Source: Eledone cirrhosa (lineage: Eukaryota). Taken from it: DNA of 64,000 nt. Positions 1 through 12,800 of the stretch are shown one piece after another (within the stretch, counting starts at the first letter, position 1; each line of letters begins with the position of its first letter). The stretch is from positions 128,526,001-128,590,000 of the forward strand of contig OZ024745.1 in NCBI GenBank assembly GCA_964016885.1, in the 5' to 3' direction. A program made the position numbers and the translations under genes. The notes below the pieces were generated by a model. That model was not told the DNA's origin and did not search any database. It saw only the letters and a list, made by a program, of their open reading frames with translations.

Positions 1-87
1 AAGAACAAATGATGCGCTACACGCAGCCAAACAATGGTGCCGCTTCTTTCGACCCTTCTACTGTCTAACTGACAAGACATTAAGACA

Positions 88-275
88 TAATTGTTTCTAC
101 GTTAGGCACAAGGCCAGCAAATTACCGAGTGCATTACTGGTACTTTATTTTATCGACCCCGTAAGGATGAAAGGCAAAGTTAACCTTGGCGGGATTTGAA
201 CTCAGAAAGGCAAGGGCCGTAACTCTATACGTCAAAGCATGGCGTCCGACCCTCTACCGATACTGCCAATCCACC
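88..275 (-). mobile_element. tRNA-derived SINE, family A
   Basis: Reverse complement shows A-box-like TGGCAGTATCGG, B-box GAGTTCAAATCCC, central GCCTTTCATCCTTACGGGGTCGATAAAATAAAGTACCAG and tail GGCCTTGTGCC..GTAGAAACAATTA; about 20 similar copies in the window. Confidence 0.9.
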
Positions 276-1161
276 AGACATAATAAGTACTGAATATAAA
301 ATAATAACTAAAAAATTGCAGTATTCTTCCAGCCACCCTCCAGGTCAAACCCCGAAACTATATTCAATATAAATTGTGAGTGTGTTTTTGTTTTTCTTTA
401 ATTTTATCTATTTAACACGAAACAGCATTAAGTAGTATAAGCTGATTATATACTTATTTATAACTAGGACAGCAGAAAATAAATGCAAATTTTCAACATT
501 TTTGTAGGTCCCTGGTGCAGTTGCACCATATGCAAATAAGACACTGGAGAAAATTCTTAAGTGTCTCCTTTGCCTAGATTTTCTACTCTCGGGTCATGAA
601 TAATAGTGCTCCCACCCACACCCACTTATTATTTTTTTTAAAGATTTTTTTTCAAATCAACCCCGCTTTTATTCCCCCACCCCACCCCGTTTATTAAATT
701 TTTGCTAATCTATCTCTGGCGAAATTTTATTTTAAGTGGTAGCATTCCTGCGACAATTAATTTTCTTTAGACCTTAAAAAACATTATACATTACAAACAA
801 TCTACATTACTAGGAATCCTACCTAAGCACGTCACTCCGGATGCAAGAATGCTTACTTGCCTACCCTAGCCATTCTAATAAACACTTTCTTGTTTAACCT
901 TCCAACACCCTCTTTCTTAATAAAAGACTAACGTCCGATATGTTGAGACATTCATTTTTCTTTTCCGTTTCCAACAAGTGTGAAACTAATAAAATTTTGT
1001 GAAATTGCCAATCTGTGTTTATCTTGTTTTGATCTTGAATTCTATATACACATACACATATACATAGATACATACATACATACATATATATATATATAGA
1101 GAGAGAGGGGGGGGGGGAGAAGAAGAAGAAGAAGAAGAAGAAGAAGAAGAAGAAGAAGAAG

Positions 1162-1490
1162 AAAGTGGAGGTGTTACATAGAAGATTGATTGCTCAATCC
1201 TGGTCACAAATGTTTCTCAGGCAGCTGGTTCATGATCTGGGATGGTACCCCAGACTAGACTCCGAGTCTGGCTGCTTCGTCCACAGATTTGATGTGATTT
1301 TTCTTGTGTTAACACTAGTCTGTGGTTCGGACAGACTTGGAATCTGGTCTGGGAAACATTTGTAACCAGGATTAAGCAATAAATCTCATATGTAACATCT
1401 CCACTTTGTTCTTATTGTATACACTCTACTCTGGGTCGAGTGCTGGCTTTGGTACTCTCATCAATTTTCTTCGGACTTACTGAACCTTCT
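1162..1490 (+). mobile_element. Fold-back element, probable Penelope-like pLTR derivative
   Basis: 1162-1224 is the imperfect reverse complement of 1344-1407; right arm has GAAA-CATTTG-TA (hammerhead 3' half), AATAAA, then the ACTCTACT..GAGTGCT motif. Confidence 0.55.
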
Positions 1491-1506
1491 GCATATAAAT
1501 TTATAC

Positions 1507-1709
1507 CGACAGTCGAACGACTTTCATCAAATCGGACCCAGGAAATAATGTCTCCGTTGGTCTTTCCAATTGCTAATATTATCTATATGTCTATCTAACG
1601 TGAAATAAAATGTCTTGCTCAAGGACATAACGCATCGCTCGGTCCACGAATCAGTCTCACAACCTCACGATTGCTAATTCAATTCTCTAACCACTCAGCG
1701 ACGCGTCTT
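1507..1709 (-). mobile_element. tRNA/CORE-type SINE, family B1
   Basis: Decayed tRNA-like head, CORE-like GTCCTTGAGCAAGACATTTTATTTCACGTT, tail shared with copies at 15800, 27016, 51901 and 63450. Confidence 0.8.
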
Positions 1710-1731
1710 TATATATATGTATATATATATT

Positions 1732-1836
<105 letters not shown>

Positions 1837-1908
1837 CCCAAGTTAAATCGGGGGTAACCACAGTAGAATAAAGTACTTAATACATTGGATGAGGGGAAAA
1901 CATTAATA

Positions 1909-2023
1909 TTAATATAGAAATGGCTCCTATGGGACTAGAACTGTTTCATTCGTATGAAATCATCAGGTGATGATTTCATACGAATAAAACATTTCTAGTC
2001 CTTAAAGGTCATTTCTATATTAA
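1909..2023. repeat. Fold-back hairpin centred on a hammerhead core
   Basis: Arms of about 56 bp around a 2-nt loop at 1966-1967; minus strand reads CTGATGA-tttcatacgaat-GAAA-cagttctag-TC; related decayed copy at about 4030-4080. Confidence 0.7.
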
Positions 2024-2047
2024 CTATTGATATACATATATATATAT

Positions 2048-2080
<33 letters not shown>

Positions 2081-2094
2081 CATGTATATATATG

Positions 2095-2235
<141 letters not shown>

Positions 2236-2416
2236 TATATATATATATATTCCTATTTCAAATTGTGTTTTGCTTTATGCAAAACTACCACAACGCCTGG
2301 ATTTAACTACATAACAGATGAAATTCAATCGGGGATATAACCTCTTCAGAACGGAAAACTGTTAGATGCAGGTGCACAGATAGATACATGGTGTACATAT
2401 GTACAATAACATATAT

Positions 2417-2479
<63 letters not shown>

Positions 2480-2918
2480 GGGGTGTGTCGTGAGAGTATC
2501 TGGGTGTGTATATGTTAACGAGAGAGACTTATAAATATACATTATATATATATACATATGTAGCAATTTATGTATACAATATATGGAATACATATGTCTT
2601 ATATTTTATGTATATCATATTATATTACATTATATTACATGTACAGTTCTTTATGTGAAACCTTCACGCTGCATTGCGTTTCACATGATAATCTTGCTAA
2701 ACTTATCAGATCTAAGCCAACAACCCTTCAACACTGACATAATAGAACTGCAAGACTACGATGCAATTAGCAAGTGTGTAGAAATACCCCCAATGCCTTA
2801 GAGTTGTTATCCATTGGCTTGTTAGAAATTATTTTAATTAAAGAGATCTCTTTTACATAATTAGTTCAAACCCTTTGCGTTTTAGATCTGTTTTTGTCTT
2901 TCATAATTCGGGTGTGGG

Positions 2919-3229
2919 CAGGGTTTGAATTAGACCCTGGGGGACCCAGGGCATGTCAGGTTTGAGGGCCTCCTCATACTCAAAAAAATTCGAATATATA
3001 GAACCGCCTCCTTTCCCTAAATTTTACATATCAAAGTTAGCTTGGCGAAAGTAATTGGAATTGAAAAGTTATACATACAGGTATTAAATTCAAAATTCTA
3101 ACCATCCTTAAAATAGAAAGTCCAGCTGAGGGTACAAATAATTTGGTACGGCGTTCGCTGGTCCCCCCCCCCCTTAGTGCAGGGGGCCATGGAAAAGTGT
3201 TCCCTTTGCCTCCTATTAAATCCGGCCTT
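2919..3229. mobile_element. Decayed hAT-like non-autonomous DNA transposon
   Basis: Degenerate termini CAGGGTTTGAATTA / TAAATCCGGCCTT with GC-rich subterminal blocks; no TSD seen. Confidence 0.35.
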
Positions 3230-3359
3230 CTCTGAGGGTCGATAACGTAAGTGTCAATCAGATACTAACTTGAGCTAAACAATTATGACACTTCCTCCGC
3301 GTTTGTGGCCTTGTGCTTTTCGGTGACCGAAAAAACCCTGACGAAATGGTGCCCTCATT

Positions 3360-3612
3360 CTTCTTCATCTTTTCTTCTTCGCCCTCTTATAAGAGGGTCG
3401 TGCGAGGCAGAGTCCTCAAACACTCCTTCCAGCGGATCCTGTCAGAAGCAACCGTCTTCAACTGATCCGGCTGGATCACAAAGTGAGACCAGCCAAGCTC
3501 ATGGATGTTATCCAACCATCTAACTCGGTGTCTACCCCTGGGTCTCCTGTCGGTTGGTTTTGGCCGTAAAATCTGTCCAGCGATTCTTTCTTGAGACATT
3601 CTAACCACATGC
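3360..3612 (-). mobile_element. RTE-clade LINE 3' fragment
   Basis: Translation VRMSQERIAGQILRPKPTDRRPRGRHRVRWLDNI..DRIRWK matches the RTE C-terminus; decayed (GAA)n tail; homologous to copies at 25225 and 53325. Confidence 0.8.
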
Positions 3613-3748
3613 CCTTAGTCTGGAACTAGCTGCTGAAACAGCCGTCGGCTCCCAACTCTTTAAGATATAAGCATACACTACTACACCAAGTATCGAGTAC
3701 TCGGTTGAGTAATGGTCTAACCAGTTTCAAACTGGTTCCATCTTGATT

Positions 3749-3820
<72 letters not shown>

Positions 3821-3977
3821 GGTAAACATTTTGACTAACCGGGTTGCACACCAATCAGTGCATGATGATGCAATTCGCATTAAGTACTCAACGTCATGTT
3901 TTTCTTCCAAATATGATTTGTCAGTCAGTAATAGAATATATGTAGAATAAGGAAATTGCGAAATGCGTTTTCCTTAA

Positions 3978-4018
<41 letters not shown>

Positions 4019-4220
4019 CAAGTTTAATACAGAAAGGGCTTCTCCACGACTAGAACTGTTTCATTCAAAACAAATCATCATGAAATCCGGCTGTCCTTGT
4101 AAAACAGTTGTATTCATGTTGTCTAGTTGTTTGGGATGGTGGTGGTTTTTGAGGTGGCTGGAGGTCATTGACCAAGGAATTTTAAAGAACAGGGATATTT
4201 ATGTATATATACACACACAA

Positions 4221-4271
<51 letters not shown>

Positions 4272-4319
4272 CGTGCGTGTGGGTGGGGGGGGGGGTATGT
4301 ATATATATATATATATAAA

Positions 4320-4472
4320 ATAATAAATTTGGAGACTAAAATCCAAAGAGGGCTCGATAAGGATAAATATATATCAAATATATAAGAACCCTAGAGCAAA
4401 TATTTATTAAAATAACATTAAAGTTTAAGCAAAGAATCGCTGCTTTCACCCCTAACGGGATCTTCTGAAACT
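4320..4472 (-). mobile_element. TA-embedded dispersed repeat family F (pLTR-like)
   Basis: Near-identical to 24652-24813 and 28572-28727; minus strand reads TCAGAAGA-tcccgttaggggt-GAAA then AATAAA. Confidence 0.7.
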
Positions 4473-4859
4473 AAAAAAATCAATCTGTGAACGCAGAAGT
4501 AAATATGTATGTATGAGGGTGACTTTGGACATCCTGCAGGACTAAAAACAAAACCTGTCAAAAGGCAAAGGAGCTCTTAAGAGTCAATGGCCATCCAAAA
4601 TCACCGGGAGAGATGACCCCTTAGCCTTTGTCAAGGCAGAATTCTAGGAGAAGGAAAACTCTGATATAACACCTGCAACCCTGATGGTATCCAATGATGT
4701 TGACTTTTTCTTCTTTTTGGTAAATATCATCTTGGTTAAGATAGTGGGACTGGCTTTGTGCAGTGCCTTTGCTCACTATAAAAGTTTCACTGCACAGGCA
4801 TTGCAGAGATCTCTCTGCACTTGTCGTCACATGGTACCATGGGCCCAGCACTATGTGTC

Positions 4860-4950
4860 AATAATTGTCACAAGTGTAGTGTTTGTACCAGAGTTTTCAA
4901 GTCGCTGGCTGGACTAAAAAGTTACACTCGTTCAGCGCATTGGTAGGGGT
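4860..4950 (+). pseudogene. LINE C-terminal C2H2 zinc-finger remnant (RTE/BovB-like)
   Basis: CSVCTRVFKSLAGLKSYTRSAHW*; similar remnant [16 protein letters not shown] at 27721-27778 (-). Confidence 0.5.
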
Positions 4951-5955
4951 TCTCCTACATGGATATAAAGTAGTGGCCGTACTCGAAACGAGTTGGCAGC
5001 CACCATATATATATATATATGTATATATGCTGAGTTAGAAACTCAAAGTAGTCTCTTACAATTAAATAGCTCTAAGAAAAAAGCTCTTGTATATTCAATA
5101 TATTCAATTATATTATATTATATATATATATACATGTGTGTGTGTTTGTGTTTATATATAAGTCGTTGTTGTCTTGCAAAGAACTGTTTATTCAAACGAG
5201 AACAATTACAGCTTGGAAAAGTCACTTTGGCCATTTGTTATAAATCAGAAATCTCCAGTGATTATCATTCCATTATCATCATTGTATAACATCTGCTTTC
5301 CCTGCTAGCAAGGGTTGGACAGGTCATCAGCAGACCGTATTGGTAGTCATACTGGAAGTACTGACCCCCACTGTGGGCCTAGAGCCTGTATCATGCTTAT
5401 GTTCTTGCACTCTAATTAGTGCTTAGACAGGTCTGTACTATTGAGTTCTTTTTATCGTGATACCAACACTAGGTTGTTTTTGACACAGCTGAAGAGTCCT
5501 TGTTTAGTAGGTTTTCTATAGTTGGATGCCCTTCCTAACATCAAACCCTTTACAGAGTGTACTGGGTGCTTTTGTCATGTAAACCACCAATGAATGAGGT
5601 TAGCTGAAGAGTCGTTCCTTATCTTTGTTTGGCAAGTTTTCTACTACTGGTGGCTCTTCCTATTATCAACCACTTTACAGAATATACTGGGCACATCTCA
5701 TGTAACTCACCAACACTAGGAAGTAGTTGTAGTAGTTTTGCGAGGAACTGTGTATTCAATCGAGAACAATTACAGCGCAGAAGAGTCACTTTAGCCATTT
5801 AAAACACACGAAAACTATTAACTTTGCTATATATTTATCATATATTTCCTGGTGTCAAAATTTCCGTCTCACTGTCTGCCAAATAAATGATAAATATAAA
5901 GTAAAAAGATTTGTTATATAATCGCTAAAATGACTCTTCCACGCCGTTACTGTCT

Positions 5956-6023
<68 letters not shown>

Positions 6024-6083
6024 GTATGTATATATGTTTATACATATATATATGTATATGCGTATATATATATATATATATTT

Positions 6084-6114
<31 letters not shown>

Positions 6115-6145
6115 CGCATATACATTTATATATACATACATATAC

Positions 6146-6182
<37 letters not shown>

Positions 6183-6239
6183 CATATATACATATACATA
6201 TATATATATGCATGTATATATATTCATATATATACATAC

Positions 6240-6280
<41 letters not shown>

Positions 6281-6331
6281 TATATATTACATATATATAT
6301 ATATATATATACACATACATATATATAAATG

Positions 6332-6384
<53 letters not shown>

Positions 6385-6451
6385 TAGATTGTGTTAGAAA
6401 CTCAAAATAGTCTTATATATCTATATATATATATATCTATATATATATATA

Positions 6452-6485
<34 letters not shown>

Positions 6486-6489
6486 TATA

Positions 6490-6527
<38 letters not shown>

Positions 6528-6560
6528 TATACACACATTTATATATATATATATACACAC

Positions 6561-6632
<72 letters not shown>

Positions 6633-6873
6633 TTATTATTGCTATCATTATAGTTACTGCATGTGTTGTTGTTGATATAATTATTATTTTTATGCCATAA
6701 ATATTCTACTTTTCTCACTTTCCTTTCTTCATACAGTCCCCACCCCACCCCTATATCTACTTACGTTAATACCATTTCTTCCTTCTTTTCCCCCCTCTTC
6801 CTCTTTCTTCATAGTAAACCAACTGTTACACGACTCCAAAACTTTCCCCTCATCCGAGACACGCATATATACG

Positions 6874-7078
6874 CATATGCCCATACACACATATGCACAC
6901 ACACACACATATGCACACACACATATGCCCATACACACATATGCACACACACACACACATATGCACACACACACACACACATATGCCCATACACACATAT
7001 GCACACACACACACATATGCACACACACAAATATGCACACACACATATGCACACACACACACACACACATATGCACAC
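6874..7078. repeat. CA-rich compound minisatellite
   Basis: Repeated CATATGC(A/C)CA(CA)n units of variable length. Confidence 0.85.
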
Positions 7079-7359
7079 AGAGACGTGCGCCCGAAAACAG
7101 ACAAACAGTGAGAGAGAGAGACACGGACACTCTATCTCAAAATTATTTTTGAAAAGCATTTAGAAATGCGCAACCGGTAAAAACTTAAAAACTTAAAACC
7201 ACAACTGAATACTAACCCATACAATCACTAATACTCTTTTATTCCTAATTAAACCATTTTTCAACTGTGAACAATTTGTCAGCATTTTCTATTCCGTTTA
7301 CCAATATATAATAACTTGTGTGTTACACCTCTATTCTTTTAACTATATATATATATATA

Positions 7360-7535
7360 TAGGAAAATGTATGACCCCGACGGCAGAGCTCATGCCGTTT
7401 CGACGGCTATTTCTGGACGAAACGGCTTGAGCTCTGCCGTCGGGGTCATACATTTTCCTATTACCCACTCTACTACCCTAAGTATTGAGTACACTGGTGC
7501 GTTATGGTCCACCTGGTTCCTTACCACAATTCCTT
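7360..7535 (+). mobile_element. Fold-back element family E (hammerhead 3' half on both strands)
   Basis: 43-bp arms 7360-7402 / 7418-7460 with 1 mismatch; GAAA-CGGC-ttgagctct-GCCG-TC; tail ACTCTACTACCCTAAGTATTGAGTAC; flanked by (TA)n on both sides. Confidence 0.8.
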
Positions 7536-7537
7536 CG

Positions 7538-7616
<79 letters not shown>

Positions 7617-8337
7617 GTAGGAGGTGAGTTTTATTGTAGTACAATAAAGCAATGCAGATATCGGATAAGTAGCACTCTACAGTTTGTAGGACTGGAGTAT
7701 AAATAATATATAAGATTATTAAGATTATTACTTTACATAAAAACATACTTAAACACTAACTAATTCCTCTAAATTCATAATTCATCCACTCTTCTACTTC
7801 TTTTCACAATATATCCTTAATTACATGACTATTTTTATTTTTAATAATACATATCAACAATTTCTTTCCATCGCACATATTATTAAACCCTTCAATATCA
7901 AACCTTAACTTAATATTATTCTTAATACATATTAACAATTTCTTATCATCGCACATATTATTAAACCCTTCAATATACAAACCTTAATTTAACATTATTC
8001 TTAAATTTTTCTCTTCGTTAATTTTCAAATTCTTTTAATTTATATATTATCTTCCAACGGTTTTTTAACCTCTCTCTGTAAAACAATATATTTTTCTCAG
8101 TTATAAAGGCTATCTCTCTCTCTATCACCCATCTCTCCTCCTATCTCATCCTTCCTTATTATACTCCTCCCCTTCCATTCTTTACTCTCATCTCCTCCTC
8201 TTTTTCATCCTTTCCACCCCCCACCCCCCTCATTTTTTTTCTCCCAATATCACACATCAATCTAAAACTACTTTTCATATTTTGATTTAAAACTGCACTA
8301 TACACAAGTGTTTTTTAACTTTCATATCATGTCTCCC

Positions 8338-8408
8338 TATTTTATCTGATGAAAACGCAAATGTCATCGCATGATGATATTTGTTTTTGAAATGCGCATA
8401 ATAAAATA
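8338..8408 (+). ncRNA. Type I hammerhead ribozyme (minimal, palindromic stem III)
   Basis: Stem I TATTTTAT/ATAAAATA (8 bp); CTGATGA 8346-8352; stem II with 15 of 16 pairs and loop GCAT; GAAA 8389-8392; TGCGCA; UA cleavage after 8400; overlapping AATAAA. Confidence 0.85.
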
Positions 8409-8436
8409 CATGGAACTCTTTTAACCATTTTTTGAT

Positions 8437-8484
<48 letters not shown>

Positions 8485-8491
<7 letters not shown>

Positions 8492-9250
8492 ACTAGAAAT
8501 TGATTAACATATAAATAAACATGAATAATCACAGGAGATAATTTTTACAAGTGTGTAACCACACATAGCTAGGTAGGTAACTAAATAAAGTTGACCAGAA
8601 CTTCAAAAATAGATACCTTATAATATGATTAATCTTCCCTGTATATATTCCATTAAAGAAATATATTTCACCAATTAATCAGATGGTAAACCACGGAAGT
8701 TGATACTTGGATTTTCAACAAGGAAGAAATTTCAGCGATCCGTGTTTACACTTCAAGTTCAAATCAGCGACTGGCCAGCGACACGTGCTATATCTACTAG
8801 AAATACACACATCATACTAGCTTCGTCCCAGTGGCGTGAATAGGGTTATCGACAACTAGAAACAGCAGTCGAGTCCTTTCAACAGAGCTAGCTCTACAAT
8901 TAAGGAGCCGTATTTATATATCTATATCCAAAATTAAGATAAATCAAATGAATTTAATCTAAATCAAAATTATGGGTGTCATGCCAGAAAGACATGCGCC
9001 ATATCACCGGTCAACTTTATTTAGTTACCTACCTAGCTATGTGTGGTTACACACTTGTAAAATTTATCTCCTGTGATTATTCATGATTATTTATATGTTA
9101 ATCAATTTCTAGTTATTATAAAATGCTCGGACCTACTCGTTAGAATCTTAGAGTTTATTTTGCGGGTGATATGGCGCATGTCTTTCTGGCATGACACCCA
9201 TAATTTTGATTTAGATTAAATTCATTTGATTTATCTTAATTTTGGATATA
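8485..9250. repeat. Two interleaved inverted repeats (A..B A'..B')
   Basis: 8485-8596 is the reverse complement of 9009-9120; 8923-9008 is the reverse complement of 9165-9250; bounded by (TA)n. Confidence 0.9.
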
Positions 9251-9260
9251 TATATATATA

Positions 9261-9468
9261 TATATTATTAGAAATGTAAGCTGTCGCCGTATTTTGACTA
9301 AAGAAATTAAAGAAATTATTTAGCCTGATAGTGGGGTTAAGAACCCTCGGAGAAATGGAATAATCTTTTTCCATTTTTCCGAGGGTTCTTAACCCCACTA
9401 TCAGGCTAAATAATTTCTTTAATTTCTTTAGTCAAAATACGGCGATAGCTTACATTTCTAATAATATA
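9261..9468. repeat. Near-perfect palindrome with 100-bp arms inside (TA)n
   Basis: 9261-9360 vs 9369-9468, 2 mismatches by eye, 8-nt loop TAATCTTT. Confidence 0.95.
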
Positions 9469-9517
9469 TATATATATATATATATATATCACATACCATT
9501 GTATACGTCTAATATTG

Positions 9518-9577
9518 TATTTCGTCTGAAGAAGGCATGCTATGATTTAGCATCCTTGAAATATATATAACGAAATA
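9518..9577 (+). ncRNA. Type I hammerhead ribozyme
   Basis: Stem I TATTTCGT/ACGAAATA (8 bp); CTGAAGA 9526-9532; stem II AGGCATGCTA/TAGCATCCTT; GAAA 9558-9561; TATATA; UA cleavage after 9569; AATAAA follows. Confidence 0.85.
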
Positions 9578-9606
9578 AATAATGATGCTATAGTGATATA
9601 TATTCC

Positions 9607-9866
9607 GGCAGTATTGGTAGAGGGTCGGACGCCATGCTGTGCAGTATAGAGTATGGCCCTTTACTTTCTGAGTTCAAATCCCGCCGAGTTTAACTTTGCC
9701 TTTCATCCTTACGGGGTCGATAAAATAAAGTACCAGTAATACACTGGGATAATTGCTGGCCTTGTGCCAAAAGTAGAAACAATTATTATTTCTATTAGGG
9801 CGGTGGATTGCCAGTATCGGTAGAGGGTCGGACACCATGCTTTGCAGCATTGAGTTACGGCCCTTT
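9607..9866 (+). mobile_element. SINE family A, one full copy plus a head-only copy (9797-9866)
   Basis: Matches the family A consensus. Confidence 0.9.
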
Positions 9867-9897
9867 ATATATATATATAGAGAGAGAGATAGAGAGA

Positions 9898-12800
9898 TGG
9901 TGATGGTAGTGGTGCTGATGGTGGTGCTGGTACTGGCAGTGGCGTGGTGGTAGTGATAGTGGTACTAGCGGTGGTGGTAGTAATAGTGGTAGTAGGATGA
10001 TGGTAGTAGTGGTAGGGAAATATATAGAAGAAAGGAAAAGTGTAAATAAAAGAGAAGCGGCATCTGTTAAGAATTAAGAATAAAAAGGAGAGTTTTGCGC
10101 ACCTGACAGAGATAGAATGAAGGGCGGTGGTGTTGGTGGTGGTAGAGGTGGGGGATGGAGCTAGTGCTGTTGGTGGTGGTGATGATAGTGATGGTGGTGG
10201 TGGTGGTGGTGGTGGTAGAGGTGGGGGATGGAGCTAGTGCTGTTGGTGGTGGTGATGATAGTGATGGTGGTGGTGGTGGTGGTGGTAGAGGCGGGGGATG
10301 GAGCTAGTGCTGTTGGTGGTGGTGATGATAGTGATGGTGGTGGTGGTGGTGGTGGTGGTAGAGGTGGGGGATGGAGCTAGTGCTGTTGGTGGTGGTGATG
10401 ATAGTGATGGTGGTGGTAGTGGTGGTGGTGATGGTGGTGTTGGTGGTGTTGGTGGTGGTGGTGGTAGAGGAGGGTGGTGGTGCTAGTGTTAGTGGTGTTG
10501 GTGGTGATGGTGGTGATGGTGGTGTTGATGGTGATGGTGGTGGTAGAGGAGGGTGATGGAGCTAGTGTTAGTGTTGGTGGTGATGGTGGTAGTAGTAGTG
10601 GTGGTGGTGGTGGTGGTGGTGGTGATAAGGATGGGTTAGATTGTAGTGTTTGCGGCAATAGAGGTGATGGTGGTGTCCGTGGTGCTGGTGCTAGTGAAGG
10701 TGGTGGTGTTGTTTGTGGTGGTGGTGGTGCTGGTGGTGCTGGTGGTGAAGGTGGTAGTGGTAGTGGTGGTGGTGGTGGTGGTGATAAGGATGGGTTAGAT
10801 TGTAGTGTTTGCGGCAATAGAGGTGATGGTGGTGTCCGTGGTGCTGGTGCTAGTGAAGGTGGTGGTGTTGTTTGTGGTGGTGGTGGTGCTGGTGGTGCTG
10901 GTGGTGAAGGTGGTAGTGGTAGTGGTGGTGGTGGTGGTGGTGGTGGTGATAAGGATGGGTTAGATTGTAGTGTTTGCGGCAATAGAGGTGATGGTGGTGT
11001 CCGTGGTGCTGGTGCTAGTGAAGGTGGTGGTGTTGTTTGTGGTGGTGGTGGTGCTGGTGGTGCTGGTGGTGAAGGTGGTAGTGGTAGTGGTGGTGGTGGT
11101 GCTGGTGGTGCTGGTGGTGAAGGTGGTAGTGGTAGTGGTGGTGGTGGTGGTGGCATTGCTGCTGCTGGTGATGTGGTGGTTGGGATGGTGTTGATGTAGT
11201 AGGAAATGAACGCAAGGTTTAGCAGTTTGTCAGGGATAGGGGTAACACAGTATTTGATGGTGAGAGTGGTGGTTGTAGCTGTAGTGGTGGTAGTTGTAGT
11301 GGTGGTAGTTGTAGTGGTGGTAGTTGTAGTGGTGGTAGTTGTAGTGGTGGTAGTGGTAATGGTGCTAGTGGTGGTAGTGGTAGTGGTGGTAGTTGTAGTG
11401 GTGGTAGTGGTAATGGTGCTAGTGGTGGTAGTGGTAGTGGTGGTAGTTGTAGTGGTGGTAGTGGTAGTGGTGGTAGTTGTAGTGGTGGTAGTGGTGGTAG
11501 TGGTAGTGGTGGTAATTGTAGTGGTAATGGTGCTAGTGTTGGTAGTGGTAGTGGTGGTAGTTGTAGTGGTGGTAGTGGTAGTGGTAGTGGTGGTAGTTGT
11601 AGTGGTGGTAGTGGTGGTAGTGGTAGTGGTGGTAGTTGTAGTGGTAATGGTGCTAGTGTTGGTAGTGGTAGTGGTGGTAGTTGTAGTAGTGGTAGTTGTA
11701 GTGGTAAGGCTGCTAGTGGTGGTAGTTATTAGTGGTGTTTATATGACTAATGGAGTAATGGAGGCGATGGTGAGGGTGAGGTTTCTGGGTAATTTAGTAA
11801 TAGTAGTGGTAGGGGTGATAGTGGTGGTAGTGGTAGATGTGGAAGCGGTAGGGGTGATCGTGGTAGATGCGGTTGAGGTAGGGGTGATAGTGGTGGTAGT
11901 GGTAGATGTGGAAGCGGTAGGGGTAGATGCGGTTGAGGTAGGGGTGATAGTGGTGGTAGTGGTAGATGTGGTGATAAGTCTGTTTATATCACTAGTTGAG
12001 TGATAGAACCGATGTTAGTAGTGGTCTTGATGGTGTTGGTGTTGGTGGTGTTGGTGGTGGTGTTGGTGGTGTTGGTGGTGTTGATGGTGGTTGTGGTGGT
12101 GGTGGTGTTGGTGTTGGTGGTGTTGGTGGTGGTGGTGGTGTTGCTGTTGGTGGTGTTTGTGATGGTGGTGTTGGTGTTGATGGTGTTTGTGGTGGTGGTG
12201 GTGTTGGTGTTGGTGTTGGTGTTGATGGTGTTTGTGGTGGTGGTGGTGTTGGTGTTGGTGTTGGTGTTGATGGTGTTTGTGGTGGTGGTGGTGTTGGTGT
12301 TGGTGTTGATGGTGTTTGTGGTGGTGGTGGTGTTGGTGTTGGTGTTGGTGTTGATGGTGTTTGTGGTGGTGGTGGTGTTGGTGTTGGTGTTGGTCTTGAT
12401 GGTGTTGGTGTTGGTGGTGTTGGTGGTGTTGGTGTTGGTGTTGGTGGTGTTGGTGGTGTTGATGGTGGTTGTGGTGGTGGTGGTGGTGTTGGTGTTGGTG
12501 GTGTTGGTGGTGGTGGTGGTGTTGCTGTTGGTGGTGTTTGTGATGGTGGTGTTGGTGTTGATGGTGTTTGTGGTGGTGGTGGTGTTGGTGTTGGTGTTGG
12601 TGTTGATGGTGTTTGTGGTGGTGGTGGTGTTGGTGTTGGTGTTGGTCTTGATGGTGTTGGTGTTGGTGGTGTTGGTGGTGTTGGTGTTGGTGTTGGTGGT
12701 GTTGGTGGTGTTGATGGTGGTTGTGGTGGTGGTGGTGGTGTTGGTGTTGGTGGTGTTGGTGGTGGTGGTGGTGTTGCTGTTGGTGGTGTTTGTGATGGTG

